A stretch of 64,000 nucleotides of DNA. It comes from Chloroflexia bacterium. GTDB taxonomy: Bacteria > Chloroflexota > Chloroflexia > QHBQ01 > JADMIH01. Below, piece after piece: positions 10,551 to 19,121 of this stretch. The notes below the pieces were generated by a model, which was not told the origin of the DNA, ran no database searches, and saw nothing but the letters and a program-made list of their open reading frames with translations. Positions within the stretch are counted from its first letter, which is position 1, and every line of letters starts with the position of its first letter. The stretch is taken from positions 15,041 to 79,040 of the forward strand of contig DAOTTC010000072.1 of NCBI GenBank assembly GCA_034437815.1, written 5' to 3'. The position numbers were made by a program, and so were the translations under genes.

Positions 10551-10596
10551 AAGGCCGGTCACTCTATCATCGTGGGAGGATAGCCAAAGATAGCCG

Positions 10597-11133
10597 ATGC
10601 GCGTGGAAAAAGACATCACCGTGAACGCCCCGGTTGACCGGGTGTATGCACTGTGGACCGACTTCGAGAATTTCCCTGCCTTCATGAAGCATGTGGAGTC
10701 GGTGCGGCGGGTGGGAGATAACATACTGCACTGGAAGGCCAAGATAGGGCCTGTCGAGAAGGAATGGGACGCTGAGATAAAGGGCATGGTGCCTAACCGC
10801 TCGGTTACGTGGCACTCCACGACAGGAGCGCGCAACGCCGGAGCCGTCACCCTCTCTCAACGGGGCAATATCACAGAGGTGCATGTGGTCATCGAATACG
10901 ACCCCACATGGTTTGAGGCACTGGGCGATGCCATCACCCGGTCTATGTCGCGCAGTGTGGAAGAGGACTTGGAACGCTTCAAGAGGCTGGCCGAAGGCAC
11001 CGACCCCCAACTGGCGGATCGAGAGGCCGGCCCGCACAAAGGTCAGCACGGCGTTCAGGGCACTGACCTGACCTATTCCAGAGATTGGAAAGAGCACCCC
11101 AACCCCACCCGGCAAGACCAAGGCCAAGCCTAG
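10597..11133 (+). CDS. SRPBCC-superfamily protein (polyketide cyclase/dehydrase-like, START/Bet v1 fold)
   Basis: 178 aa. Typical SRPBCC N-terminus (VNAPVDRVYALWTDFENFPAFMKHVESV). Confidence 0.6.
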   Translation: MRVEKDITVNAPVDRVYALWTDFENFPAFMKHVESVRRVGDNILHWKAKIGPVEKEWDAEIKGMVPNRSVTWHSTTGARNAGAVTLSQRGNITEVHVVIEYDPTWFEALGDAITRSMSRSVEEDLERFKRLAEGTDPQLADREAGPHKGQHGVQGTDLTYSRDWKEHPNPTRQDQGQA

Positions 11134-11274
11134 TGCTGTGCAACAGCGCATAGCGTGCAGTAGATGGGGGCCAAGCCCATTCCCTTTCATGCAAAATGCT
11201 GGGGAAGGCAAAGCCGGGGAGGGCACAGCCCCCTAAACCCATCCTCTTATTGCACACAAAGTGCCGCGAAGTAA

Positions 11275-12327
11275 CTAGGGCGAAGGCTCTTGCCTGTCCC
11301 CGGCCGGTTGATGCGGTGCCTGCTCGGCCATCTGCCGGTCCAACCCCTGATCGGCCCACGACAGCGGGTCTTCGATAGGCTCCAGATGGGTGAATACGGT
11401 GGTTTTGGGCAGGGCGCTTATCAGGTCACGCTCTATTTGCTCGCACAGGTTGTGGCCGCGCATCACGCTCCAGCTACCCGGCACCAGCACGTGCATGGAG
11501 ATGAAGCGGCGCTGCCCGGCCATGCGGGTGCGCAGGGCGTGGAACCGGATGCCGAGGGCCTTGTAGGGTTCGAGCACGCGGGTGATGGTCTCGCGGTCGG
11601 CGGGCGGCAGGGCGGTATCGAGCAGGCCATGCGCGCTGGCGCTCATCAGCCTGATGCCGATCCATGCGATGTTGGCGGCCACGGCCAGCGCAATCAGCGG
11701 GTCGAGCACCCACCAGCCGGTGAGTTGAACGAGCAGTACTGCCGCCACCACTCCCAGTGAAGTCCATACGTCGGTGAGCAGGTGGTGAGCACCGGCGATC
11801 AGCGTAATGGAGGACAGGCGCTTGCCGGTGCTCAAGAGCACCAGCGCCACACCCCCGTTGATGGCCGTGGCCGCCATCGAAGCCAGCACTCCTAAACCTA
11901 CGTTCTCCAGCTGGCGTGGGTGCATCAGTCGGTCTATGGCCGCCCATGCGATTCCACCTGCCGCGATCAGAATCAGCGCGCTCTCCAGCCCGCTGGAGAA
12001 GTATTCCGCTTTGGTGTGGCCGTAGGCGTGCTCTTCATCGGGGGGGCGTTCGGCTATGGTGAGCATCCAGAAGGCCACCAGCGCGGCCAGCAGGTTGGTG
12101 AGCGATTCGGCGGCATCGGACAGCAGGCCTATGGAGCCTGTGAGCGCATAAGCCAGCAGTTTGAGGCCGATGGTGGCTATGGCGGCGATGATCGAGAGGA
12201 CGGTGAAGTCGCGGGCAGACCTCCCAAGCCCGTCCTTGAAGGTAGGCACGTGACCTTCGTGGGTATGCAGGTGCATATGCTCGGCGCTTTCCTCGATGGC
12301 TCGACCGCCCTGCCTCTTTTCACCCAT
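11275..12327 (-). CDS. Cation diffusion facilitator (CDF) family divalent-metal efflux transporter
   Basis: Six TM helices with HxxxD metal-site motifs ([16 protein letters not shown]), a cytoplasmic C-terminal domain and a His-rich N-terminus. Confidence 0.8.
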   Translation of the reverse strand: MGEKRQGGRAIEESAEHMHLHTHEGHVPTFKDGLGRSARDFTVLSIIAAIATIGLKLLAYALTGSIGLLSDAAESLTNLLAALVAFWMLTIAERPPDEEHAYGHTKAEYFSSGLESALILIAAGGIAWAAIDRLMHPRQLENVGLGVLASMAATAINGGVALVLLSTGKRLSSITLIAGAHHLLTDVWTSLGVVAAVLLVQLTGWWVLDPLIALAVAANIAWIGIRLMSASAHGLLDTALPPADRETITRVLEPYKALGIRFHALRTRMAGQRRFISMHVLVPGSWSVMRGHNLCEQIERDLISALPKTTVFTHLEPIEDPLSWADQGLDRQMAEQAPHQPAGDRQEPSP

Positions 12328-12347
12328 ACCTGCCTCTACAAGCTAAC

Positions 12348-12460
12348 CTTATACCAATTCTCCATAGAAAGGCTATAAATTGTGGAGAAGACAAGTGGCG
12401 ACTGGGGAGCACCCCTGCACCCCCGGAATTCATCGCCTTTACTCGAATAAGTGGTATTAC
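12348..12460. repeat. Family-1 MITE-like repeat copy that includes the GGGGAGCACCCCTGC hairpin module
   Basis: CTTATACCAATTCTCCATAGAAAGGCTATAAATTGTGG...CATCGCCTTTACTCGAATAAGTGGTAT; aligns with the copies at 10465, 41758 (reverse complement) and 46447. Confidence 0.7.
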
Positions 12461-12552
12461 ACTGATTTCGTGGCACCTACAGGATAGTATACGACATCAG
12501 CACAGGGGTCTCGTCTCGGCGGCTAACACCAATTACCCGAGCAAACGTAGGG

Positions 12553-12652
12553 GCAGGCCCCCGTGCCTGCCCCGTTCGCAGGCCCCCGTGCCTGCCCCGT
12601 TCGCAGGCCCCCGTGCCTGCCCCGTTCGCAGGCCCCCGTACCTGCCCCATTC
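12553..12652. repeat. Tandem repeat, 25-bp unit GCAGGCCCCCGTGCCTGCCCCGTTC x4 (last copy degenerate); each unit contains its own 6-bp inverted repeat (GCAGGC...GCCTGC)
   Basis: Read directly: unit starts at 12553, 12578, 12603 and 12628. It lies 30 bp downstream of the DnaI-like gene stop. Confidence 0.85.
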
Positions 12653-12681
12653 TCCTCTCGTGGTCGCCTCGTCTAGGCGGT

Positions 12682-13638
12682 CTACTTCCTCTGCAACTTG
12701 CCGGAAGCGTACTGGCCCGGCACACGGACCTTTTGTGTGAAGGAAGGGTTCATTTTCCTCATGCGATAGTCGCCTGCGGTCATGAACACGTGCCGGCACA
12801 GGTCGGGATCGCACAGGCGGGAGCGGATGCGCGGATCGAGAGCGTCCAGATCGCAATTGGATGTGACCACTGTAGGCAGGCGGTTGTTATACCGGTAGTT
12901 GAATATCTGATACAGCTTCTCCACGGCCCACGGGGTGGACTGCTCGGCGCCGAGGTCGTCAATGATGAGCAAATACACCGAGCGTATCTGCTCGAAGCGT
13001 TCGTCGTATGTCACTTCGCTGTTTGGGGCATAAGCGGCACGCAGTTGATGCAACAGGTCGGGGGCCACAGCGAAATATACCTGCATGTGGTGGTCCTGCA
13101 CCACGTAGTTGGCTATGGCGGCGGCCAGATGGGTCTTGCCACACCCATAACCGCCCAACAGCACCAGCCAGCCTTCAGGGTGGGTGGCGAATTCCACGGC
13201 AGCGCGATAGGCCTCGGCCACGCCGGGCACCTCGGGGTCGAAGTTGGCGAATATCTTGGTCTGGAAGGCATCGAGGTTGCTCAGGCGGTACAGCTCTTCT
13301 AGGTTGCGCAACTCGGTAGCGTGGGTGCGACACACACATGGGATGAGCTTGCCAAAGCGCGGGTCGTGCACCGGCACGTCCATGCGCAGCCAGCCCGCGC
13401 CTAGACATTGGGGGCACACCTTGCCTGTGCCGTGGCGGGGTTCAGGTGCCTGCTCCGGTTGTGCTTTGGGCATGGGTGCCGGTGTTGATGTTGGTGTTGG
13501 TGTTGGTGTACCCTGTTGCCGCCCGCCCACCGATGGCTTGTCGCTACCGGCCTTCTGGCCTGAAGAGGAAGGCGTATTTGCCCTTCGTGTATTTGTCGGG
13601 ATCGAGAGCTCGCTCAGCACGTCTCCTATCCTGTCCAC
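12682..13638 (-). CDS. DnaI/DnaC-like AAA+ helicase loader (primosomal protein DnaI-like) with an N-terminal zinc-binding region
   Basis: Walker A (GGYGCGKTHLAAAIAN), Walker B (LLIIDDLGAE) and sensor (TSN). N-terminal Cys cluster KVCPQCLGAGW...CVCR. The start is uncertain: the track ORF overlaps the upstream DnaD-like gene by 95 nt, and an alternative ATG lies at 13473. The low-complexity TPTPTPTSTP linker is encoded by a (TGTTGG)n microsatellite. Confidence 0.65.
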   Translation of the reverse strand: MDRIGDVLSELSIPTNTRRANTPSSSGQKAGSDKPSVGGRQQGTPTPTPTSTPAPMPKAQPEQAPEPRHGTGKVCPQCLGAGWLRMDVPVHDPRFGKLIPCVCRTHATELRNLEELYRLSNLDAFQTKIFANFDPEVPGVAEAYRAAVEFATHPEGWLVLLGGYGCGKTHLAAAIANYVVQDHHMQVYFAVAPDLLHQLRAAYAPNSEVTYDERFEQIRSVYLLIIDDLGAEQSTPWAVEKLYQIFNYRYNNRLPTVVTSNCDLDALDPRIRSRLCDPDLCRHVFMTAGDYRMRKMNPSFTQKVRVPGQYASGKLQRK

Positions 13639-14452
13639 TATGTTTGCCCTCCGCTGCCCATCTTTCGAGTATGCGTTCTATGTAGCGCCAACTCCTCTTG
13701 TTGTTGGCTACGGCCTCTTCAAAGGCCTGTTCTATCCATTCCAAGGGGTAGCGAGCCTCGGCATCCTGCAACCGTTCGGCCAGCAGTGGAGTGAGCAGGC
13801 CAATGTTCTGCTCGTACAGTGTGTAAATGCTGGGGCGCTCCACCACTACGCGCAGGGATCTGGATTTCGACCTGTCGCCCGGACCGGTGCCACCGTTGTG
13901 CCCTCCATGACCGGCGGCGAGGGGCGTGCGGGTCACGTCGATTTTGCCCCCGGCCACGGCCTCCAGCCATGCGCGATTGTCTCGGGTGTTGAGCAGGTAC
14001 CAGCGGGCACTTGCACCCTGTTGGCCGTGCTCCTTGGCGGTGCCCCCCCTGTCCCTGTCCGATTGGTACGTCGAGCCGACCCCGCCTGCCCGCACATGCA
14101 CCTCCAACAGAGTACCGCGCGCCACGGCCAGCTCCAATCCTTCGCGGAGTGCTTCCGCGAACGGGCGTGGGCCCTTGCACTGGGCTAGTGCCGCCCGCAG
14201 GCGCTCGTCCGATTCGAGTTCTTCAAGGCTAACCATGCGCGGGTAAGGCCTGTCCGCGCCGGCCTCGCCGCCTGTGCTTGTGTTTGCCGGGTTTGCGGCC
14301 CCGCTCGCGCCTCTGGCCAGCCGCCACAGCATGAAGAGTGTGACTTTCATCTCCAACATAGAGTTGACGGCGGGCAGCAGGTCTTCGAAGAACCCCTCCG
14401 GCACGCGGACGGTCTTGTGCCTGTCTGACGAAAATCCCACGAACGGTTTCAT
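13544..14452 (-). CDS. DnaD-domain replication initiation/primosome protein (DnaD/DnaB_2 family)
   Basis: C-terminal DnaD-like domain signature (SWRYIERILERWAAEG). Positioned between dnaB (helicase) and the DnaI-like loader. Confidence 0.55.
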   Translation of the reverse strand: MKPFVGFSSDRHKTVRVPEGFFEDLLPAVNSMLEMKVTLFMLWRLARGASGAANPANTSTGGEAGADRPYPRMVSLEELESDERLRAALAQCKGPRPFAEALREGLELAVARGTLLEVHVRAGGVGSTYQSDRDRGGTAKEHGQQGASARWYLLNTRDNRAWLEAVAGGKIDVTRTPLAAGHGGHNGGTGPGDRSKSRSLRVVVERPSIYTLYEQNIGLLTPLLAERLQDAEARYPLEWIEQAFEEAVANNKRSWRYIERILERWAAEGKHSGQDRRRAERALDPDKYTKGKYAFLFRPEGR

Positions 14453-14460
14453 AACCTCGG

Positions 14461-14503
14461 TCTCATACTCATGCTCATACTCATACTCATGCTCATGCCC
14501 ATA
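14461..14503. repeat. Hexanucleotide microsatellite (CTCATA/CTCATG)7, on the minus strand (TATGAG/CATGAG)n, immediately upstream of the DnaD-like gene start
   Basis: Read directly. Confidence 0.9.
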
Positions 14504-14549
14504 CCTGTCTCAAATCTCTTGGGAAAAGCCATCTTATTTGGAATCGGCG

Positions 14550-15917
14550 TCATGAGGGTTCTTGTCTGTACACTTCCAGATCAGCGAATTTGGTGGTGCG
14601 GTTGAAGAAGCGCAATGGTATCGTGGCGAGCGGCCCGTTGCGGTGCTTGGCTATGTGCAGTTCGGCAATACCCTTTTTCTCGGTCTCCGGGTTGTACATC
14701 TCTTCGCGGTGGATGAACATGACGATGTCCGCGTCCTGCTCCAGACTGCCCGACTCGCGCAGGTCGGAGAGGATGGGCACATGGTTGGTGCGGCTCTCCA
14801 CTGCCCTTGAGAGTTGGGCGCAGGCCAGCACTGGCACGTTCAGCTCGCGTGCCAGCATCTTAAGGCCCCGGCTTATCTCCGACACCTCTTGCACGCGGTT
14901 GACGTCTCGCCGGGGCGTGCCCTGCATGAGCTGCAAGTAATCAATGATGAGCAGGTCCACCCCCGTCTCGGCTTGCAGGCGGCGGGACTTAGAGCGCACC
15001 TCGTGTATAGACAAGCCAGCGCTGTCGTCTATGAAGATGGGCATCTGCGCCAGCCGGCCTATGGCATCGGACACCAGATGCCATTCGTCGTCGGTCAGGT
15101 AGCCGAGGCGCAACGACTGGCTGTCCACGCCGGTCTCCACGGCCAGCAGGCGTTGCACCAGTTGCTCGCGGCTCATCTCCAGCGAAAAGATCCCCACCTT
15201 GCGCCCCCGTAGCGCGGCGTTATGGGCGATGCCCAGTGCCAGCGAGGTTTTGCCCACGCCGGGCCGCGCCGCGAGGATGATGAGGTCGCTGCGTTGCAGG
15301 CCGCCCGTGGCCTCGTCCAGATCGTGGTAGCCGGTGGGCACGCCCACCACCGTGCCCGGACTGTGCTGGATGGCCTCGATGCGGTCGTAGTACTCGTTGA
15401 GCACCTGTTCGATCGAGGCGAAGTCGGTGTTGATGGTGCGCTGGGATACGTTGAACAATATCTGCTCAGCTTTGTCCAGCACCTGATCCACTTCGCTCTC
15501 TTCGGTGTAGCCGAGGGCTGCGATCTCACCTCCCGCCGATATGAGACGCCGCAGGATGGCGGTGCGCTCCACGATATGAGCGTAATATTCGATGTGCACG
15601 GCGGTGGGCGTGCGGTTGATCAGGCCGATCAGGTAGCTATAACCACCCACTTTGTCGAGCCTGCCTGTGCGCTCCAGTTCGGCGGCCAGCGTCACGGGGT
15701 CGGGCGGCTCGCGCCGTGCGTACAGGTCGAGCACCGCCTGATACACCCACCCGTGCACCTCACGGTAAAAGTCTTCGGGCCGCAGGAAGGGCGCGACCTT
15801 GATGATGGCATCCCTGTCTAGCAGAAGGGAGCCTAGCACTGCTTCCTCGGCGGCAAGGTCATAGGGTACAGGGCGCTCGACGCCTACGCCTGTAACATCG
15901 GTCGGTGCGATTGCCAT
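14550..15917 (-). CDS. dnaB: Replicative DNA helicase DnaB
   Basis: 455 aa. An N-terminal DnaB domain (LAAEEAVLGSLLLD) and a RecA-like C-terminus with Walker A GVGKTSLALGIA and Walker B LIIDYLQLM. Confidence 0.9.
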   Translation of the reverse strand: MAIAPTDVTGVGVERPVPYDLAAEEAVLGSLLLDRDAIIKVAPFLRPEDFYREVHGWVYQAVLDLYARREPPDPVTLAAELERTGRLDKVGGYSYLIGLINRTPTAVHIEYYAHIVERTAILRRLISAGGEIAALGYTEESEVDQVLDKAEQILFNVSQRTINTDFASIEQVLNEYYDRIEAIQHSPGTVVGVPTGYHDLDEATGGLQRSDLIILAARPGVGKTSLALGIAHNAALRGRKVGIFSLEMSREQLVQRLLAVETGVDSQSLRLGYLTDDEWHLVSDAIGRLAQMPIFIDDSAGLSIHEVRSKSRRLQAETGVDLLIIDYLQLMQGTPRRDVNRVQEVSEISRGLKMLARELNVPVLACAQLSRAVESRTNHVPILSDLRESGSLEQDADIVMFIHREEMYNPETEKKGIAELHIAKHRNGPLATIPLRFFNRTTKFADLEVYRQEPS

Positions 15918-16097
15918 GTGTCGGTTACCTCAATTTGTGAGACTCCCCAACGGCAGTCCATATCGCCTTATAGCTTATAGAGCGTTTGCCCGTGTTCAAG
16001 CTGTGTCCTGCCCCAGCTTTCAGTGTGTTCCGGTGCGTCCCGGTGCAGCAGTGTGGTGTGGACCTGAGCCTGAAGTCTGTTAGTCTATTCTATTACC

Positions 16098-16197
16098 CCT
16101 CATATTCCAGTATGAGGTTCTCCACAGATATGTGCAAATCCCCTGCAAATTCCCCCTTTAATCAACCCCTTCTCCCACGAGGGAGTTGATTAAAGGG
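16098..16197. promoter_or_regulatory. Two hairpin-forming inverted repeats in the dnaB/pdxS divergent intergenic region. One is CCTCATA-N6-TATGAGG at 16098-16117. The other is a 13-bp perfect IR CCCTTTAATCAAC-N18-GTTGATTAAAGGG at 16154-16197, whose loop is itself palindromic (TCCCACGAGGGA).
   Basis: Read directly from the sequence; ~160 bp upstream of the pdxS ATG. Confidence 0.6.
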
Positions 16198-16359
16198 AAA
16201 GGGGAATACGTGGGCGACCACCGGGCTTTTCGTATCCTTGCTATCTCGCCCTGTAAGGGGTACAATTAGGTATACTGGTGCAACAGTGCTGCGGGGCCGG
16301 CATGCTGTTGGCCCAATGGCCCTACAGGCTCCGCCGATATTCGGAGGTTTCCTTAAGTT

Positions 16360-17241
16360 ATGGAGAAATCCACTTTCACGACCAAGAAAGGCCTTGCGCA
16401 GATGCTCAAGGGTGGGGTGATCATGGACGTGGTGACGCCGGAGCAGGCGCGCATCGCAGAGGACGCCGGGGCTGTGGCGGTAATGGCCCTCGAGAAGGTG
16501 CCCGCCGATATCCGCGCCGCAGGAGGCGTGGCCCGCATGGCCGACCCCGAGAACATCATCCGCATCATGGATGCGGTCACCATCCCGGTGATGGCTAAGT
16601 GCCGCATCGGCCATTTCATGGAAGCGCGCATTCTAGAGGCGATCGGCGTGGACTACATTGATGAGAGCGAGGTGCTCACCCCCGCCGACGAGCGCTTCCA
16701 CATCAACAAGCACGAGTTCAAGGTACCCTTCGTGTGCGGTTGCCGCGACTTGGGCGAAGCCCTGCGTCGCATCGGTGAGGGTGCGGCCATGATCCGCACC
16801 AAAGGCGAAGCGGGCACCGGCAACGTGGTGGAGGCGGTGCGCCATATGCGCGCCGTGCAAGATGGCATCCGCCGCCTGCAAAGCCTGCCCCGTGAAGAGT
16901 TGATGACCGAGGCCAAAGAGCTGGGTGCACCCTATGAACTGGTAGTGTGGGTGGCCGAAAACGGCAAGCTGCCCGTGGTGAACTTCGCGGCGGGCGGGGT
17001 GGCAACCCCCGCGGATGCCGCCCTGATGATGGCGTTGGGCGCGGACGGCGTGTTCGTAGGCTCAGGCATATTCAAGTCGGGCGATCCAGAGCGGCGGGCC
17101 AGAGCCATCGTGCAGGCCGTCACCCACTGGCAGGACCCGCAGATTCTGGCCGAGGTCAGCCGCAATCTGGGCGAGCCCATGGTGGGCATCAATGTCACCA
17201 CCCTTCGCGAAGAGGAATTGCTGTCGGTGCGTGGTTGGTGA
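16360..17241 (+). CDS. pdxS: Pyridoxal 5'-phosphate synthase lyase subunit PdxS
   Basis: 293 aa. [11 protein letters not shown]...[13 protein letters not shown]; (beta/alpha)8 PdxS/SNZ family, highly conserved. Confidence 0.9.
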   Translation: MEKSTFTTKKGLAQMLKGGVIMDVVTPEQARIAEDAGAVAVMALEKVPADIRAAGGVARMADPENIIRIMDAVTIPVMAKCRIGHFMEARILEAIGVDYIDESEVLTPADERFHINKHEFKVPFVCGCRDLGEALRRIGEGAAMIRTKGEAGTGNVVEAVRHMRAVQDGIRRLQSLPREELMTEAKELGAPYELVVWVAENGKLPVVNFAAGGVATPADAALMMALGADGVFVGSGIFKSGDPERRARAIVQAVTHWQDPQILAEVSRNLGEPMVGINVTTLREEELLSVRGW

Positions 17242-17246
17242 GGAAG

Positions 17247-17870
17247 ATGAAGATCGGCGTGTTGGCCCTGCAAGGGGCTTTCAAGGAGCATATAGAAGCC
17301 CTGCGAAAACTGGGCGTGGAGGCCGTGGAGGTGCGCCTGCCTGAGCAGTTGGAGGGGTTGGACGGGCTTATCATCCCCGGCGGGGAGAGCACGGCCATAG
17401 GGCGGCTGGCGAGGAAGTACGGCCTTGATGAGGCCATCCGGCGCTTCGCCCTTGAGCGTAAGCCCGTGTACGGCACCTGCGCGGGCATGATACTGCTATC
17501 GGCAGACGTGGGCCGCGACCAGCCACTGCTCGGTTTGATGAACGTCAGCGTGCAACGCAATGCCTTCGGCCGCCAACTCGACAGCTTCGAGACCCGGTTG
17601 GACATACCCGCTCTGGGCGACCAACCCTTCCCGGGGGTGTTCATCCGCGCCCCCAAGATAGAGCGCTTGGGTGAAGACGTGGAAGTGCTGGCGAGGTTGC
17701 CCGACGGCTCTCCGGTGGCGGCCCGTCAGCGCAACTTGCTGGTTACCGCTTTTCACCCCGAACTGACCGACGATCTGCGCTTCCACAGATACTTTCTGGC
17801 GATGGTAGAAGAGTATCGCAACCAGAGCTTGTCCGCGAGCATGGAACGTGGGTCGGTAGTTGGCGCTTAG
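17247..17870 (+). CDS. pdxT: Pyridoxal 5'-phosphate synthase glutaminase subunit PdxT
   Basis: Class I glutamine amidotransferase with the catalytic Cys in GTCAGMILL. The ATG at 17247 is preceded by AGGAAG, 5 nt after the pdxS stop. The track ORF is extended upstream in-frame across pdxS. Confidence 0.85.
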   Translation: MKIGVLALQGAFKEHIEALRKLGVEAVEVRLPEQLEGLDGLIIPGGESTAIGRLARKYGLDEAIRRFALERKPVYGTCAGMILLSADVGRDQPLLGLMNVSVQRNAFGRQLDSFETRLDIPALGDQPFPGVFIRAPKIERLGEDVEVLARLPDGSPVAARQRNLLVTAFHPELTDDLRFHRYFLAMVEEYRNQSLSASMERGSVVGA

Positions 17871-17931
17871 AACCGTCAGTCGAGCGGTCGGGCGAAGCAG
17901 GTCGCCGGTCGCTCAATTCCGCATAAAATAT

Positions 17932-18957
17932 ATGGCAAGCATGCGCCACGCTAACCTACTCGACCTGTTGAGCATAGCCACAACACGCAAGCGGCAGCGA
18001 GTGTTACGCCTGAACCCGCCGTACACACTGGTGCAACCGAACGCCCTGATACGCGATCTGGTTCGCTCGCAGATACCTTTTAGGCCCCAATCCAGCTTTG
18101 TATATGTATGCGTGGAGCGAGGCGGTGTGCTGGGCTACGTGCAGGCGCGGTGCCGGTGGCGCAGGCGAGATGCGTGGGCCATCACCACCGTGGCGGTGAT
18201 GGATAAAGCCCCGGCACGGGTGTGGGAAGAGTTGATAGAGGCTACCTGCCGGGCGGCCGGCGAGGCGGGGGTGACCCGCGTGTTCGTCAAGGTGCCTCAC
18301 GACGAGCCGAGGCTGGCGTTGTTTCATCGTCTGGGCTTCACCAGATATGCCAACGAGACTATCTGGGGCAACCTGTATTTCTCATCGAGCGGCCCGTCGG
18401 ACGAGCCACCCCGGGGCCCGCTCCGCCGCCAGCGCAATCAGCACGCATGGGACTTGATGCGCCTGTACGCCGCCGTGACCCCACCGGTGGTGCAACACGC
18501 CGAAGACCTCACCACGCGCCAGTGGCAAGCGGACCACATCCCCACGCTGTGGTTTCTGTCGGACGGTCTGCTCGAAAACTCCTATGTGTGGCCTGATGAG
18601 AGCGGCCAGAATCAAGGGCTGGGCGGCTACATACGCTTGCTCACCGGCCCCGCCGGGCACTGGATACACATGCTGTTTCGAAGCGACCCAGCCAACCGAG
18701 CCATCTGCCCATCAGCGATAGATTATGTGTTGTGGAAAGCCGCGCGCGTTGGTAGCAGACCTGTATATTGTGGCGTCAGGGAATATCAGGTGGAGATAGG
18801 CGGGTTGCTGGAGGAAAGGGGTTTCCACCCGTTGAGCGAACAAGCACTGCTCGTCAAATATCTGGCAGAACCGCTGAAAGAGCGCCAGCCCGCCCTTGTT
18901 CGCCTGCTGGTGCCCGAAGGCGGCGACATGGCCGCAGGCAGACTTCCGCGCTATTGA
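17932..18957 (+). CDS. GNAT-family N-acetyltransferase-like protein (probably two tandem GNAT-like halves)
   Basis: GNAT motif-A-like region ([29 protein letters not shown]). Start chosen at [10 protein letters not shown]; the track start at 17860 overlaps pdxT. Confidence 0.4.
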   Translation: MASMRHANLLDLLSIATTRKRQRVLRLNPPYTLVQPNALIRDLVRSQIPFRPQSSFVYVCVERGGVLGYVQARCRWRRRDAWAITTVAVMDKAPARVWEELIEATCRAAGEAGVTRVFVKVPHDEPRLALFHRLGFTRYANETIWGNLYFSSSGPSDEPPRGPLRRQRNQHAWDLMRLYAAVTPPVVQHAEDLTTRQWQADHIPTLWFLSDGLLENSYVWPDESGQNQGLGGYIRLLTGPAGHWIHMLFRSDPANRAICPSAIDYVLWKAARVGSRPVYCGVREYQVEIGGLLEERGFHPLSEQALLVKYLAEPLKERQPALVRLLVPEGGDMAAGRLPRY

Positions 18958-19121
18958 TGCCGTTGGTGCCGTGGGGTGAGCTGGCACCGAGTTTGCAAGA
19001 TAAAAGGCAAAGGCAAAGGCAAAGACAAAGGTTTCAACTTCCGGCTTGCAAGAGGCCGGGACCATGTAAAGGGGTGATATTAGCAGTGGTACACACCCGA
19101 AGGGACACAGAGCATACAGAT

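Noticed and set aside
12553-12652. CRISPR array
   Set aside because: The repeats are directly adjacent with no spacers, there are only four copies, and there are no cas genes. It is a tandem minisatellite, not CRISPR.
12682-15917. Prophage or plasmid origin of the dnaB / DnaD / DnaI-like cluster
   Set aside because: No integrase, terminase, capsid or repressor genes are present. The flanks are pdxST and a CDF transporter, and GC content is uniform. The cluster is more likely the chromosomal replication set.
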